A DNA stretch of 64,000 nucleotides from Escherichia coli (GCF_003334765.1 NZ_QOWT01000003.1), one strand, 5' to 3'; shown: positions 1-10,099, counted from the first letter of the stretch. The notes: generated by a model from the letters alone, not told the origin. A program made the numbers and translations.

Positions 1-364
1 TTAATGCTTCAATGGTGTTGTAGGTGGTATAAACCGCGCCTGCTTCTGAAGGTTTAATGTGGAAGCTGACTGATACTGTCATTTGTGCCGGTTGCTGGTC
101 GCGGCTGTAGGCCTGTAATCCCTGATAGACCACAGCCTGATTACGCGTGGAAATTTTCTCCACGCTTTCCATAAACGGGATCTTAAAACCCAGACCCGGC
201 TCGGCAACTTTTACGATTTTTCCGTAGCGCAGCAAAATGCCGCGTTCACCTTCATTAACGGTGTAATACGAGAGAAATGGCAGCACAACCACGGCAAGCA
301 CGCCAATGGCGATAGCAAGAGATTTTTGTGGGCGAAATGAGGTTAATGAAACAGGTGCTTTCAT
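1..364 (-). CDS. SPFH/band-7 (HflC/HflK-like) membrane protein, N-terminal part only; gene continues beyond the left edge of the window
   Basis: Open minus-strand frame from ATG (complement of 362..364) to the window edge, not in the supplied ORF track because it has no stop in the window. Translation begins MKAPVSLTSFRPQKSLAIAIGVLAVVVLPFLSYYTVNEGERGILLRYGKIVKV..., i.e. one N-terminal hydrophobic helix followed by the EGERG-type SPFH motif. AGGAAG Shine-Dalgarno sits about 7 nt upstream of the ATG. Confidence 0.6.
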   Translation of the reverse strand, partial: MKAPVSLTSFRPQKSLAIAIGVLAVVVLPFLSYYTVNEGERGILLRYGKIVKVAEPGLGFKIPFMESVEKISTRNQAVVYQGLQAYSRDQQPAQMTVSVSFHIKPSEAGAVYTTYNTIEAL

Positions 365-580
365 ATGAATCTTCCTTGAGTAAAGTGGGGAATATGTCAC
401 ATGAGGTAAGGAGAAAATAGCCGACAGGTGAGAATTCAGAATCTATAAAGGGGTATAGCGAAAAAACGTTGCATTAAAAAAGTATGTTTTCGGATATTCA
501 ATAAATAAATGGCGATATGCATCACAAATACAATAACAAACAAAATGTTGATTTTGTGATAAACATAACAAATACAAAGT

Positions 581-609
581 TGACTTTAAAAATATCAATT
601 TCATATTGT
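581..609 (+). promoter_or_regulatory. Candidate sigma70 promoter upstream of cmtB (TTGACT, ~18 nt spacer, TATTGT)
   Basis: Hexamer match read by eye in the AT-rich spacer; no experimental support. Confidence 0.25.
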
Positions 610-740
610 TGTTATTTAAGGTTTTATTATTTTGGTTTATGGGGTTTTTCTTCTCGCGTACCCAATTGCTTTCATTAAACCGCACGAGTATTTTATTTTT
701 ACCGCCGGACGGTACCCTAAAAATAAAATAAGGATAATTT

Positions 741-1184
741 ATGCGGCTTAGTGATTATTTTCCAGAATCATCAATCTCAGTTATACATTCAGCAAAAGAT
801 TGGCAGGAAGCTATCGATTTCTCGATGGCATCATTGCTGGATAAAAACTATATCAGCGAGAATTACATTCAGGCAATTAAAGATTCCACCATTAACAATG
901 GCCCTTATTATATTCTCGCGCCAGGTGTGGCAATGCCTCATGCGCGACCGGAATGTGGGGCGCTTAAAACCGGGATGTCTTTGACGTTACTTAAACAAGG
1001 CGTTTATTTTCCGGGGAATGACGAACCGATTAAATTACTCATCGGGCTTTCTGCTGCCGATGCCGATTCGCACATTGGCGCTATTCAGGCGTTAAGTGAA
1101 TTACTGTGCGAAGAAGAAATACTCGAACAACTCTTAACAGCATCATCAGAAAAACAATTAGCGGACATTATCAGCTGCGGATAA
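741..1184 (+). CDS. cmtB: PTS mannitol-type enzyme IIA component (cryptic)
   Basis: 147 aa ORF with the EIIA(Mtl)-type active-site region (...GVAMPHARPE...); immediately followed by an EIICB gene; RBS AAGGATA upstream. Confidence 0.9.
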   Translation: MRLSDYFPESSISVIHSAKDWQEAIDFSMASLLDKNYISENYIQAIKDSTINNGPYYILAPGVAMPHARPECGALKTGMSLTLLKQGVYFPGNDEPIKLLIGLSAADADSHIGAIQALSELLCEEEILEQLLTASSEKQLADIISCG

Positions 1185-1211
1185 TGACTCTCTCCTCTAC
1201 AGGATAATATT

Positions 1212-2600
1212 ATGGAAAACAAGTCTGCTCGTGCAAAGGTCCAGGCTTTTGGGGGCTTTTTGACGGCAATGGTCATCCCCAATATCGGTGCTTTTATTGC
1301 CTGGGGTTTTATTACTGCATTATTTATTCCTACTGGTTGGCTGCCGAATGAACATTTCGCCAAAATTGTCGGCCCGATGATTACCTATTTATTGCCCGTG
1401 ATGATTGGTTCTACCGGTGGTCATCTGGTCGGCGGTAAACGCGGCGCGGTCATGGGCGGAATTGGTACGATTGGTGTGATCGTCGGCGCAGAGATCCCGA
1501 TGTTCCTTGGCTCAATGATTATGGGGCCGCTCGGTGGGCTGGTCATAAAATATGTCGATAAGGCACTGGAAAAACGCATACCTGCTGGTTTTGAGATGGT
1601 TATCAATAACTTCTCATTAGGTATCGCGGGGATGCTCCTTTGTCTGCTGGGTTTTGAAGTGATCGGCCCGGCGGTGTTAATTGCCAATACTTTCGTCAAA
1701 GAGTGTATTGAGGCGCTGGTACATGCGGGTTATCTGCCTCTGCTGTCAGTCATCAATGAACCGGCGAAAGTGCTTTTCCTTAATAATGCGATCGATCAGG
1801 GCGTCTATTATCCGCTGGGAATGCAACAGGCTTCGGTTAACGGTAAATCCATCTTCTTTATGGTGGCCTCTAACCCAGGTCCGGGCCTGGGGCTGCTGCT
1901 GGCGTTTACCTTGTTTGGTAAAGGGATGAGTAAACGTTCTGCGCCCGGGGCGATGATTATTCACTTCCTCGGTGGGATCCACGAACTGTATTTCCCATAT
2001 GTGCTGATGAAGCCGCTGACTATTATTGCCATGATTGCGGGCGGTATGTCTGGCACCTGGATGTTTAACTTACTGGACGGTGGTCTGGTGGCTGGCCCAA
2101 GTCCGGGGTCTATCTTTGCTTACCTGGCGCTGACGCCGAAAGGTTCGTTCCTGGCGACAATTGCCGGTGTTACGGTAGGTACCCTGGTGTCCTTTGCTAT
2201 CACTTCGCTGATACTGAAGATGGAAAAAACGGTGGAAACGGAGAGCGAAGATGAGTTTGCTCAGTCAGCCAATGCGGTTAAGGCGATGAAACAAGAGGGT
2301 GCATTCTCGTTAAGCCGGGTTAAGCGTATCGCCTTTGTTTGCGATGCGGGGATGGGCTCCAGCGCGATGGGCGCAACCACCTTCCGTAAACGTCTGGAAA
2401 AAGCGGGGCTGGCAATTGAAGTAAAACATTACGCGATAGAAAACGTGCCTGCGGATGCGGATATCGTCGTTACTCATGCCAGTCTGGAAGGGCGCGTGAA
2501 ACGTGTGACGGATAAATCACTGATATTGATTAATAACTATATTGGCGATCCAAAACTCGACACTTTATTTAATCAATTAACCGCAGAACATAAACACTGA
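1212..2600 (+). CDS. cmtA: PTS mannitol-type enzyme IICB component (cryptic)
   Basis: 462 aa, polytopic hydrophobic N-terminal IIC domain plus C-terminal IIB-like domain (...FVCDAGMGSSAMGA...). Confidence 0.9.
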   Translation: MENKSARAKVQAFGGFLTAMVIPNIGAFIAWGFITALFIPTGWLPNEHFAKIVGPMITYLLPVMIGSTGGHLVGGKRGAVMGGIGTIGVIVGAEIPMFLGSMIMGPLGGLVIKYVDKALEKRIPAGFEMVINNFSLGIAGMLLCLLGFEVIGPAVLIANTFVKECIEALVHAGYLPLLSVINEPAKVLFLNNAIDQGVYYPLGMQQASVNGKSIFFMVASNPGPGLGLLLAFTLFGKGMSKRSAPGAMIIHFLGGIHELYFPYVLMKPLTIIAMIAGGMSGTWMFNLLDGGLVAGPSPGSIFAYLALTPKGSFLATIAGVTVGTLVSFAITSLILKMEKTVETESEDEFAQSANAVKAMKQEGAFSLSRVKRIAFVCDAGMGSSAMGATTFRKRLEKAGLAIEVKHYAIENVPADADIVVTHASLEGRVKRVTDKSLILINNYIGDPKLDTLFNQLTAEHKH

Positions 2601-2614
2601 TTACAGAGGTAAAA

Positions 2615-3892
2615 ATGAAAACCAAAGTTGCTGCTATTTATGGCAAGCGGGATGTCCGTCTGCGCGAATTTGAATTGCCCGAAATTACCGATAATGAACT
2701 GTTAGTGAGTGTAATTTCTGACAGCGTCTGTTTATCGACCTGGAAAGCGGCGTTACTCGGTAGTGAACATAAACGCGTACCCGACGATTTAGAAAATCAT
2801 CCGGTCATTACCGGGCATGAATGTGCCGGGGTTATTGTTGAAGTGGGTAAAAATCTCACCGACAAATATAAAAAAGGCCAGCGTTTTGTATTGCAACCGG
2901 CGATGGGGTTACCAAGCGGATATTCAGCGGGCTACAGCTACGAATATTTTGGCGGTAACGCCACCTATATGATTATTCCTGAAATAGCCATTAACCTGGG
3001 CTGCGTATTACCGTATCACGGCTCTTATTTTGCTGCGGCGTCGCTGGCAGAGCCTATGTGCTGCATTATTGGCGCTTATCATGCCAATTATCACACCACG
3101 CAATATGTTTATGAGCATCGCATGGGCGTTAAACCTGGCGGCAATATTGCGCTGCTGGCATGTGCTGGCCCGATGGGCATTGGCGCTATCGATTATGCCA
3201 TTAACGGCGGCATACAACCGTCGCGGGTGGTGGTGGTCGATATCGACGACAAACGCCTGGCCCAGGTACAGAAGCTGCTGCCGGTGGAGCTGGCGGCCAG
3301 TAAAGGCATTGAGCTGGTGTATGTGAATACCAAAGGGATGAGCGATCCGGTACAGAAGCTGCGGGCGCTGACAGGAGATGTCGGGTTCGATGACATTTTT
3401 GTTTATGCGGCGGTGCCTGCTGTCGTTGAGATGGCTGACGAATTACTGGCGGAAGATGGCTGCCTGAACTTCTTTGCCGGGCCGACGGATAAAAACTTCA
3501 AAGTGCCGTTTAATTTCTACAACGTCCATTACAACAGCACGCACGTCGTCGGTACATCCGGCGGTTCAACGGACGACATGAAAGAGGCGATTACCCTTAG
3601 CGCCACGGGACAGTTACAGCCGTCGTTTATGGTGACCCATATTGGTGGCCTGGATGCGGTGCCAGAAACCGTGCTCAATCTGCCGGATATCCCAGGCGGT
3701 AAAAAACTCATTTATAACGGCGTGACCATGCCGCTCACTGCCATTGCCGATTTTGCCGAAAAAGGCAAAACCGATCCGCTGTTTAAAGAGCTGGCGCGGC
3801 TGGTTGAGGAAACGCACGGCATCTGGAATGAGCAGGCCGAGAAATATCTGCTGGCGCAATTTGGCGTTGATATCGGGGAGGCCGCACAATGA
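2615..3892 (+). CDS. yggP: Zn-dependent medium-chain dehydrogenase/reductase (polyol dehydrogenase-like)
   Basis: 425 aa ORF with MDR/alcohol dehydrogenase motifs (GHECAG..., Rossmann GxGxxG region); 4-bp stop/start overlap with next gene. Confidence 0.85.
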   Translation: MKTKVAAIYGKRDVRLREFELPEITDNELLVSVISDSVCLSTWKAALLGSEHKRVPDDLENHPVITGHECAGVIVEVGKNLTDKYKKGQRFVLQPAMGLPSGYSAGYSYEYFGGNATYMIIPEIAINLGCVLPYHGSYFAAASLAEPMCCIIGAYHANYHTTQYVYEHRMGVKPGGNIALLACAGPMGIGAIDYAINGGIQPSRVVVVDIDDKRLAQVQKLLPVELAASKGIELVYVNTKGMSDPVQKLRALTGDVGFDDIFVYAAVPAVVEMADELLAEDGCLNFFAGPTDKNFKVPFNFYNVHYNSTHVVGTSGGSTDDMKEAITLSATGQLQPSFMVTHIGGLDAVPETVLNLPDIPGGKKLIYNGVTMPLTAIADFAEKGKTDPLFKELARLVEETHGIWNEQAEKYLLAQFGVDIGEAAQ

Positions 3893-4854
3893 TGTCCCTG
3901 GCGTGGCCATTATTTCGCGTTACGGAACAGGCAGCGTTGGCTGCCTGGCCGCAAACCGGATGTGGCGACAAAAATAAAATTGATGGCCTGGCGGTCACCG
4001 CGATGCGCCAGGCATTAAACGATGTCGCTTTTCGTGGGCGAGTGGTTATCGGCGAGGGAGAGATTGACCATGCGCCGATGCTGTGGATTGGCGAAGAGGT
4101 GGGCAAAGGCGATGGGCCAGAAGTCGATATCGCGGTTGACCCGATTGAAGGCACGCGGATGGTGGCGATGGGGCAGAGCAATGCGCTGGCGGTGATGGCC
4201 TTCGCCCCACGAGGCAGCCTGCTACACGCGCCCGATATGTATATGAAAAAGCTGGTTGTTAATCGACTGGCGGCGGGCGCGATTGATCTGTCTTTGCCTC
4301 TGGCGGACAACTTGCGTAACGTGGCGCGGGCGTTAGGTAAACCGCTGGACAAGCTGCGCATGGTTACGCTTGATAAACCGCGCCTGAGTGCCGCAATTGA
4401 GGAAGCAACACAGCTGGGCGTGAAGGTTTTTGCCCTGCCGGATGGCGATGTCGCCGCCAGCGTGCTGACCTGCTGGCAGGATAATCCTTACGACGTGATG
4501 TACACCATTGGCGGTGCGCCGGAGGGCGTGATTTCTGCCTGTGCCGTTAAAGCATTAGGCGGGGATATGCAGGCCGAGCTGATTGACTTTTGTCAGGCTA
4601 AAGGGGATTACACGGAAAATCGGCAGATTGCAGAGCAGGAGCGCAAGCGTTGCAAGGCAATGGGCGTTGACGTTAACCGTGTGTATTCGGTCGATGAACT
4701 GGTGAGGGGGAACGATATCCTCTTTAGCGCTACGGGCGTGACGGGCGGCGAGCTGGTGAACGGTATCCAACAGACGGCGAATGGGGTGCGGACGCAGACA
4801 TTACTGATCGGCGGCGCGGACCAAACGTGTAATATAATAGACTCCCTGCATTGA
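3889..4854 (+). CDS. yggF: Class II (GlpX-type) fructose-1,6-bisphosphatase paralog
   Basis: 321 aa ORF, GlpX-family sequence; start ATG overlaps yggP stop (ATGA). Confidence 0.85.
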   Translation: MMSLAWPLFRVTEQAALAAWPQTGCGDKNKIDGLAVTAMRQALNDVAFRGRVVIGEGEIDHAPMLWIGEEVGKGDGPEVDIAVDPIEGTRMVAMGQSNALAVMAFAPRGSLLHAPDMYMKKLVVNRLAAGAIDLSLPLADNLRNVARALGKPLDKLRMVTLDKPRLSAAIEEATQLGVKVFALPDGDVAASVLTCWQDNPYDVMYTIGGAPEGVISACAVKALGGDMQAELIDFCQAKGDYTENRQIAEQERKRCKAMGVDVNRVYSVDELVRGNDILFSATGVTGGELVNGIQQTANGVRTQTLLIGGADQTCNIIDSLH

Positions 4855-4875
4855 TGGTGATCTATCGGAAGACCA

Positions 4876-5385
4876 ATGGCGACGCTGACAGAAGATGATG
4901 TGCTTGAGCAACTGGAGGCACAGGACAATTTATTTTCATTTATGAAAACTGCGCATACCATTTTGCTCCAGGGGATACGCCAGTTTCTGCCGTCGCTGTT
5001 TGTCGATAACGATGAAGAGATCGTCGAATATGCAGTGAAGCCGTTACTCGCCCAAAGCGGCCCGCTTGACGATATTGATGTTGCACTGCGTTTGATTTAT
5101 GCGTTGGGGAAAATGGATAAATGGTTGTACGCCGATATCACGCATTTTTCCCAGTTCTGGCATTACCTGAACGAACAGGATGAAACGCCCGGATTTGCCG
5201 ATGACATGACCTGGGATTTTATCAGCAACGTCAATAGCATAACCTGCAATGCGACGCTCTATGACGCATTGAAAGCGATGAAGTTCGCCGATTTCGCCGT
5301 CTGGTCAGAGGCGCGTTTTAGCGGAATGGTCAAAACGGCGCTGACGCTGGCAGTAACGACCACCTTAAAGGAATTAACGCCGTGA
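4876..5385 (+). CDS. yggD: MtlR-like domain protein (YggD; annotated in E. coli as putative fumarase E)
   Basis: 169 aa ORF; position and sequence match YggD of the E. coli ygg cluster. Confidence 0.8.
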   Translation: MATLTEDDVLEQLEAQDNLFSFMKTAHTILLQGIRQFLPSLFVDNDEEIVEYAVKPLLAQSGPLDDIDVALRLIYALGKMDKWLYADITHFSQFWHYLNEQDETPGFADDMTWDFISNVNSITCNATLYDALKAMKFADFAVWSEARFSGMVKTALTLAVTTTLKELTP

Positions 5386-6095
5386 AAATTGAATTAACGG
5401 TGAATGGGCTGAAGATACAGGCACAGTACCAGAACGAAGAGATTGAAAATGTACATAAACCGTTGCTGCACATGCTGGCGGCCTTACAGACGGTAAATCC
5501 GCAGCGGCGTACGGTGGTTTTTCTTTGCGCTCCGCCGGGGACGGGTAAATCAACCCTAACCACCTTCTGGGAATATCTCGCGCAACAAGACCCGGAACTG
5601 CCCGCTATTCAGACGCTCCCGATGGATGGTTTTCACCATTACAATAGCTGGCTGGATGCGCATCAATTGCGCCCCTTCAAAGGCGCACCAGAGACATTTG
5701 ACGTTGCGAAACTGACGGAAAATCTGCGCCAGGTCGTGGAAGGGGATTGTACGTGGCCGCAGTACGATCGACAAAAGCATGATCCTGTTGAAGATGCGTT
5801 GCACGTTACCGCACCACTCGTCATCGTCGAAGGAAACTGGTTGTTACTGGATGATGAAAAGTGGCTGGAGTTGGCATCTTTCTGCGATTTTTCTATTTTT
5901 ATTCATGCACCTGCTCAAATTCTGCGGGAGCGCTTGATTAGTCGTAAAATTGCGGGAGGATTAACGCGGCAAGTAGCCGAAGCATTTTATGCCCGCACCG
6001 ATGGCCCCAATGTCGAGCGTGTGCTGATGAATAGCCGTCAGGCCAATCTGATAGTAGAGATGACTGAAGAAGGCCGGTATCACTTCACAAGCTGA
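5382..6095 (+). CDS. yggC: P-loop nucleoside/pantothenate-kinase-like protein
   Basis: 237 aa ORF with Walker A (APPGTGKST); 4-bp overlap with yggD. Confidence 0.8.
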   Translation: MKIELTVNGLKIQAQYQNEEIENVHKPLLHMLAALQTVNPQRRTVVFLCAPPGTGKSTLTTFWEYLAQQDPELPAIQTLPMDGFHHYNSWLDAHQLRPFKGAPETFDVAKLTENLRQVVEGDCTWPQYDRQKHDPVEDALHVTAPLVIVEGNWLLLDDEKWLELASFCDFSIFIHAPAQILRERLISRKIAGGLTRQVAEAFYARTDGPNVERVLMNSRQANLIVEMTEEGRYHFTS

Positions 6096-6379
6096 CAATT
6101 TATTCCAGTTATTGTAGGGTTATTATTACGCCAGCCTGGAATAAAGCTTCCCACAAAAGGGGATAAAAGTGTGATGTGAGTCAGATAAATGTCTTCTTCG
6201 GCTGGACAAACATTCCTTTTATTCCACGTTTCGCTTATCCTAGCTGAAGCGTTTCAGTCGATTAAATGTTCGACAATTAACCAATCAGTCGCAGTTTGCG
6301 ACAGGTAAGGTTTCCCCGGACGATTTGCTGGATTACTCTGTCTGGCAAATTTGCTCAGGGAAAACCTTGCAGGAGATCT

Positions 6380-7399
6380 ATGACCGTACGCGTAGCGATA
6401 AATGGCTTCGGTCGCATCGGGCGTAATGTGGTTCGTGCTTTGTATGAATCCGGACGTCGGGCGGAAATTACCGTGGTGGCAATCAACGAACTGGCGGATG
6501 CTGCGGGCATGGCGCATTTGTTGAAATATGACACCAGCCATGGCCGTTTTGCATGGGAAGTACGACAGGAACGCGATCAACTTTTTGTTGGTGATGACGC
6601 CATCCGCGTATTGCATGAACGTTCACTGCAATCGCTCCCCTGGCGTGAACTTGGCGTTGATGTAGTCCTCGACTGCACCGGCGTATATGGCTCCCGCGAA
6701 CATGGCGAAGCGCATATTGCCGCCGGGGCTAAAAAAGTGCTCTTTTCACATCCTGGCAGTAACGATCTCGATGCGACCGTTGTTTACGGCGTCAATCAGG
6801 ATCAACTTCGTGCGGAACACCGCATCGTTTCTAACGCTTCCTGTACCACGAATTGCATAATTCCCGTCATCAAATTGTTAGATGATGCGTACGGTATTGA
6901 GTCCGGCACTGTGACCACAATTCACTCCGCCATGCACGATCAACAGGTTATTGATGCATACCATCCTGACCTGCGTCGCACCCGGGCAGCCAGCCAGTCG
7001 ATCATTCCGGTCGATACTAAACTGGCCGCCGGTATCACACGATTTTTTCCGCAATTTAACGATCGCTTTGAAGCGATTGCGGTACGTGTGCCAACCATAA
7101 ATGTGACGGCAATCGATTTAAGCGTGACGGTGAAGAAACCTGTAAAAGCCAATGAAGTCAACCTGTTGCTGCAAAAAGCAGCACAAGGTGCATTTCATGG
7201 TATAGTTGACTATACGGAATTGCCGTTGGTCTCTGTAGATTTTAACCACGATCCGCATAGTGCCATTGTCGATGGTACTCAAACCCGGGTCAGTGGCGCA
7301 CACCTGATCAAAACGTTGGTCTGGTGCGATAACGAATGGGGCTTTGCTAACCGAATGCTCGACACGACGTTAGCTATGGCTACTGTTGCTTTCAGGTAA
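6380..7399 (+). CDS. epd: D-erythrose-4-phosphate dehydrogenase
   Basis: [20 protein letters not shown]... GAPDH-family N-terminus. The track ORF starts upstream at 6296, but the conserved start is the ATG at 6380. Confidence 0.9.
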
Positions 7400-7448
7400 G
7401 ACGCAAGCAGCGTCTGCAAAACTTTTAGAATCAACGAGAGGATTCACC

Positions 7449-8612
7449 ATGTCTGTAATTAAGATGACCGATCTGGATCTTGCTGGGAAACGTGTATTTA
7501 TCCGTGCGGATCTGAACGTACCAGTAAAAGACGGGAAAGTAACCAGCGATGCGCGTATCCGTGCTTCTCTGCCGACCATCGAACTGGCCCTGAAACAAGG
7601 CGCAAAAGTGATGGTAACTTCCCACCTGGGTCGTCCTACCGAAGGCGAGTACAACGAAGAATTCTCTCTGCTGCCGGTTGTTAACTACCTGAAAGACAAA
7701 CTGTCTAACCCGGTTCGTCTGGTTAAAGATTACCTCGACGGCGTTGACGTTGCTGAAGGTGAACTGGTTGTTCTGGAAAACGTTCGCTTCAACAAAGGCG
7801 AGAAGAAAGACGACGAAACCCTGTCCAAAAAATACGCTGCACTGTGTGACGTGTTCGTAATGGACGCATTCGGTACTGCTCACCGCGCGCAGGCTTCTAC
7901 TCACGGTATCGGTAAATTCGCTGACGTTGCGTGCGCAGGCCCGCTGCTGGCAGCTGAACTGGACGCGCTGGGTAAAGCACTGAAAGAACCTGCTCGCCCG
8001 ATGGTGGCTATCGTTGGTGGTTCTAAAGTATCTACCAAACTGACCGTTCTGGATTCCCTGTCTAAAATCGCTGACCAGCTGATTGTTGGCGGTGGTATCG
8101 CTAACACCTTTATCGCGGCACAAGGCCACGATGTGGGTAAATCCCTGTACGAAGCTGACCTGGTTGACGAAGCAAAACGTCTGCTGACCACCTGCAACAT
8201 CCCGGTTCCGTCTGATGTTCGTGTAGCAACTGAGTTCTCTGAAACTGCACCGGCTACCCTGAAATCTGTTAACGATGTGAAAGCTGACGAGCAGATCCTG
8301 GATATCGGTGATGCTTCCGCTCAGGAACTGGCTGAAATCCTGAAGAATGCGAAAACCATTCTGTGGAACGGTCCGGTTGGCGTGTTCGAATTCCCGAACT
8401 TCCGCAAAGGTACTGAAATCGTGGCTAACGCTATCGCAGACAGCGAAGCGTTCTCCATCGCTGGCGGCGGCGACACTCTGGCAGCAATCGACCTGTTCGG
8501 CATTGCTGACAAAATCTCCTACATCTCCACTGGCGGCGGCGCATTCCTCGAATTCGTGGAAGGTAAAGTACTGCCTGCAGTAGCGATGCTCGAAGAGCGC
8601 GCTAAGAAGTAA
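7449..8612 (+). CDS. pgk: Phosphoglycerate kinase
   Basis: [26 protein letters not shown]... canonical Pgk; highly biased codon usage typical of a glycolytic gene. Confidence 0.95.
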
Positions 8613-8620
8613 AAAATCAC

Positions 8621-8647
8621 AGGGCAGGGAAACCTGCCCTTGTTTCA
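8621..8647 (+). terminator. Intrinsic terminator after pgk
   Basis: 8-bp perfect stem AGGGCAGG/CCTGCCCT with GAAA loop, followed by a T-rich run. Confidence 0.6.
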
Positions 8648-8714
8648 GCGCGCTTTTAAAGCACGCACTTTTTCATACTCTAAATAATTCGAGTTGCAGG
8701 AAGGCGACAAGAGA

Positions 8715-8800
8715 GTGAATCCCCAGGAGCTTACATAAGTAAGTGACTGGGGTGAGCGAACGCAGACGCAGCACATGCAACTTGAAGTATGACGAGTATA
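8715..8800. repeat. ERIC/IRU intergenic repeat (partial copy)
   Basis: Contains GTGAATCCCCAGGAGCTTACAT immediately followed by AAGTAAGTGACTGGGGTGAGCG, which I recognise as the two core ERIC segments; no right-hand inverted terminus seen. Confidence 0.8.
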
Positions 8801-8826
8801 AGGCCCGACGATACAGGACAAGAGAC

Positions 8827-9906
8827 ATGTCTAAGATTTTTGATTTCGTAAAACCTGGCGTAATCACTGGTGATGACGTACAGAAAGTTTTCCAGGTAGC
8901 AAAAGAAAACAACTTCGCACTGCCAGCAGTAAACTGCGTCGGTACTGACTCCATCAACGCCGTGCTGGAAACCGCTGCTAAAGTTAAAGCGCCGGTTATC
9001 GTTCAGTTCTCCAACGGTGGTGCTTCCTTTATCGCTGGTAAAGGCGTGAAATCTGACGTTCCGCAGGGTGCTGCTATCCTGGGCGCGATCTCTGGTGCGC
9101 ATCACGTTCATCAGATGGCTGAACATTATGGTGTTCCGGTTATCCTGCATACCGACCACTGCGCGAAGAAACTGCTGCCGTGGATCGACGGTCTGCTGGA
9201 CGCGGGTGAGAAACACTTCGCTGCTACCGGTAAGCCGCTGTTCTCTTCTCACATGATCGACCTGTCTGAAGAATCTCTGCAAGAGAACATCGAAATCTGC
9301 TCTAAATACCTGGAGCGCATGTCCAAAATCGGCATGACTCTGGAAATCGAACTGGGTTGCACCGGTGGTGAAGAAGACGGCGTGGACAACAGCCACATGG
9401 ACGCTTCTGCACTGTACACCCAGCCGGAAGACGTTGATTACGCATACACCGAGCTGAGCAAAATCAGCCCGCGTTTCACCATCGCAGCGTCCTTCGGTAA
9501 CGTACACGGTGTTTACAAGCCGGGTAACGTGGTTCTGACTCCGACCATCCTGCGTGATTCTCAGGAATATGTTTCTAAGAAACACAACCTGCCGCACAAC
9601 AGCCTGAACTTCGTATTCCACGGTGGTTCCGGTTCTACTGCTCAGGAAATCAAAGACTCCGTAAGCTACGGCGTAGTAAAAATGAACATCGATACCGATA
9701 CCCAATGGGCAACCTGGGAAGGCGTTCTGAACTACTACAAAGCGAACGAAGCTTATCTGCAGGGTCAGCTGGGTAACCCGAAAGGCGAAGATCAGCCGAA
9801 CAAGAAATACTACGATCCGCGCGTATGGCTGCGTGCCGGTCAGACTTCGATGATCGCTCGTCTGGAGAAAGCATTCCAGGAACTGAACGCGATCGACGTT
9901 CTGTAA
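8827..9906 (+). CDS. fbaA: Fructose-bisphosphate aldolase class II
   Basis: MSKIFDFVKPGVITGDDVQKVF... canonical FbaA, 359 aa; the track ORF begins upstream, conserved start at 8827. Confidence 0.95.
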   Translation: MSKIFDFVKPGVITGDDVQKVFQVAKENNFALPAVNCVGTDSINAVLETAAKVKAPVIVQFSNGGASFIAGKGVKSDVPQGAAILGAISGAHHVHQMAEHYGVPVILHTDHCAKKLLPWIDGLLDAGEKHFAATGKPLFSSHMIDLSEESLQENIEICSKYLERMSKIGMTLEIELGCTGGEEDGVDNSHMDASALYTQPEDVDYAYTELSKISPRFTIAASFGNVHGVYKPGNVVLTPTILRDSQEYVSKKHNLPHNSLNFVFHGGSGSTAQEIKDSVSYGVVKMNIDTDTQWATWEGVLNYYKANEAYLQGQLGNPKGEDQPNKKYYDPRVWLRAGQTSMIARLEKAFQELNAIDVL

Positions 9907-9932
9907 GATATTCCTTTCTGCTTATCTCAAGG

Positions 9933-9960
9933 CCCGCTCTGCGGGTCTTTTTTTCGCCAA
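9933..9960 (+). terminator. Intrinsic terminator after fbaA (copy 1 of a duplicated terminator-like motif)
   Basis: CCCGC-TCT-GCGGG hairpin followed by TCTTTTTTT. Confidence 0.6.
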
Positions 9961-9970
9961 AAGCAAAATT

Positions 9971-10070
9971 GCCTGATGCGCTACGCTTATCAGGCCTACA
10001 CGTATCCTGCAATATATTGAATTTGCAGGTTTTTGTAGGCCGGATAAGGCGTTCACGCCGCATCCGGCAT
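9971..10070. repeat. REP/BIME element (two palindromic units in opposite orientation)
   Basis: GCCTGATGCGCTACGCTTATCAGGCCTAC and GTAGGCCGGATAAGGCGTTCACGCCGCATCCGGCA are canonical REP units. Confidence 0.85.
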
Positions 10071-10099
10071 GACAAAGCGCACATTGATATCTGTCTGAG

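Noticed and set aside
443-685. 80-aa minus-strand ORF inside the AT-rich spacer upstream of cmtB
   Set aside because: Low-complexity, Asn/Lys-rich translation typical of AT-rich non-coding DNA; no RBS; more likely promoter DNA.
9971-10070. REP/BIME palindromes considered as a possible CRISPR array or IS terminal repeats
   Set aside because: Only two or three units, no regular repeat-spacer periodicity, no cas genes or transposase; the sequence matches classical REP units.
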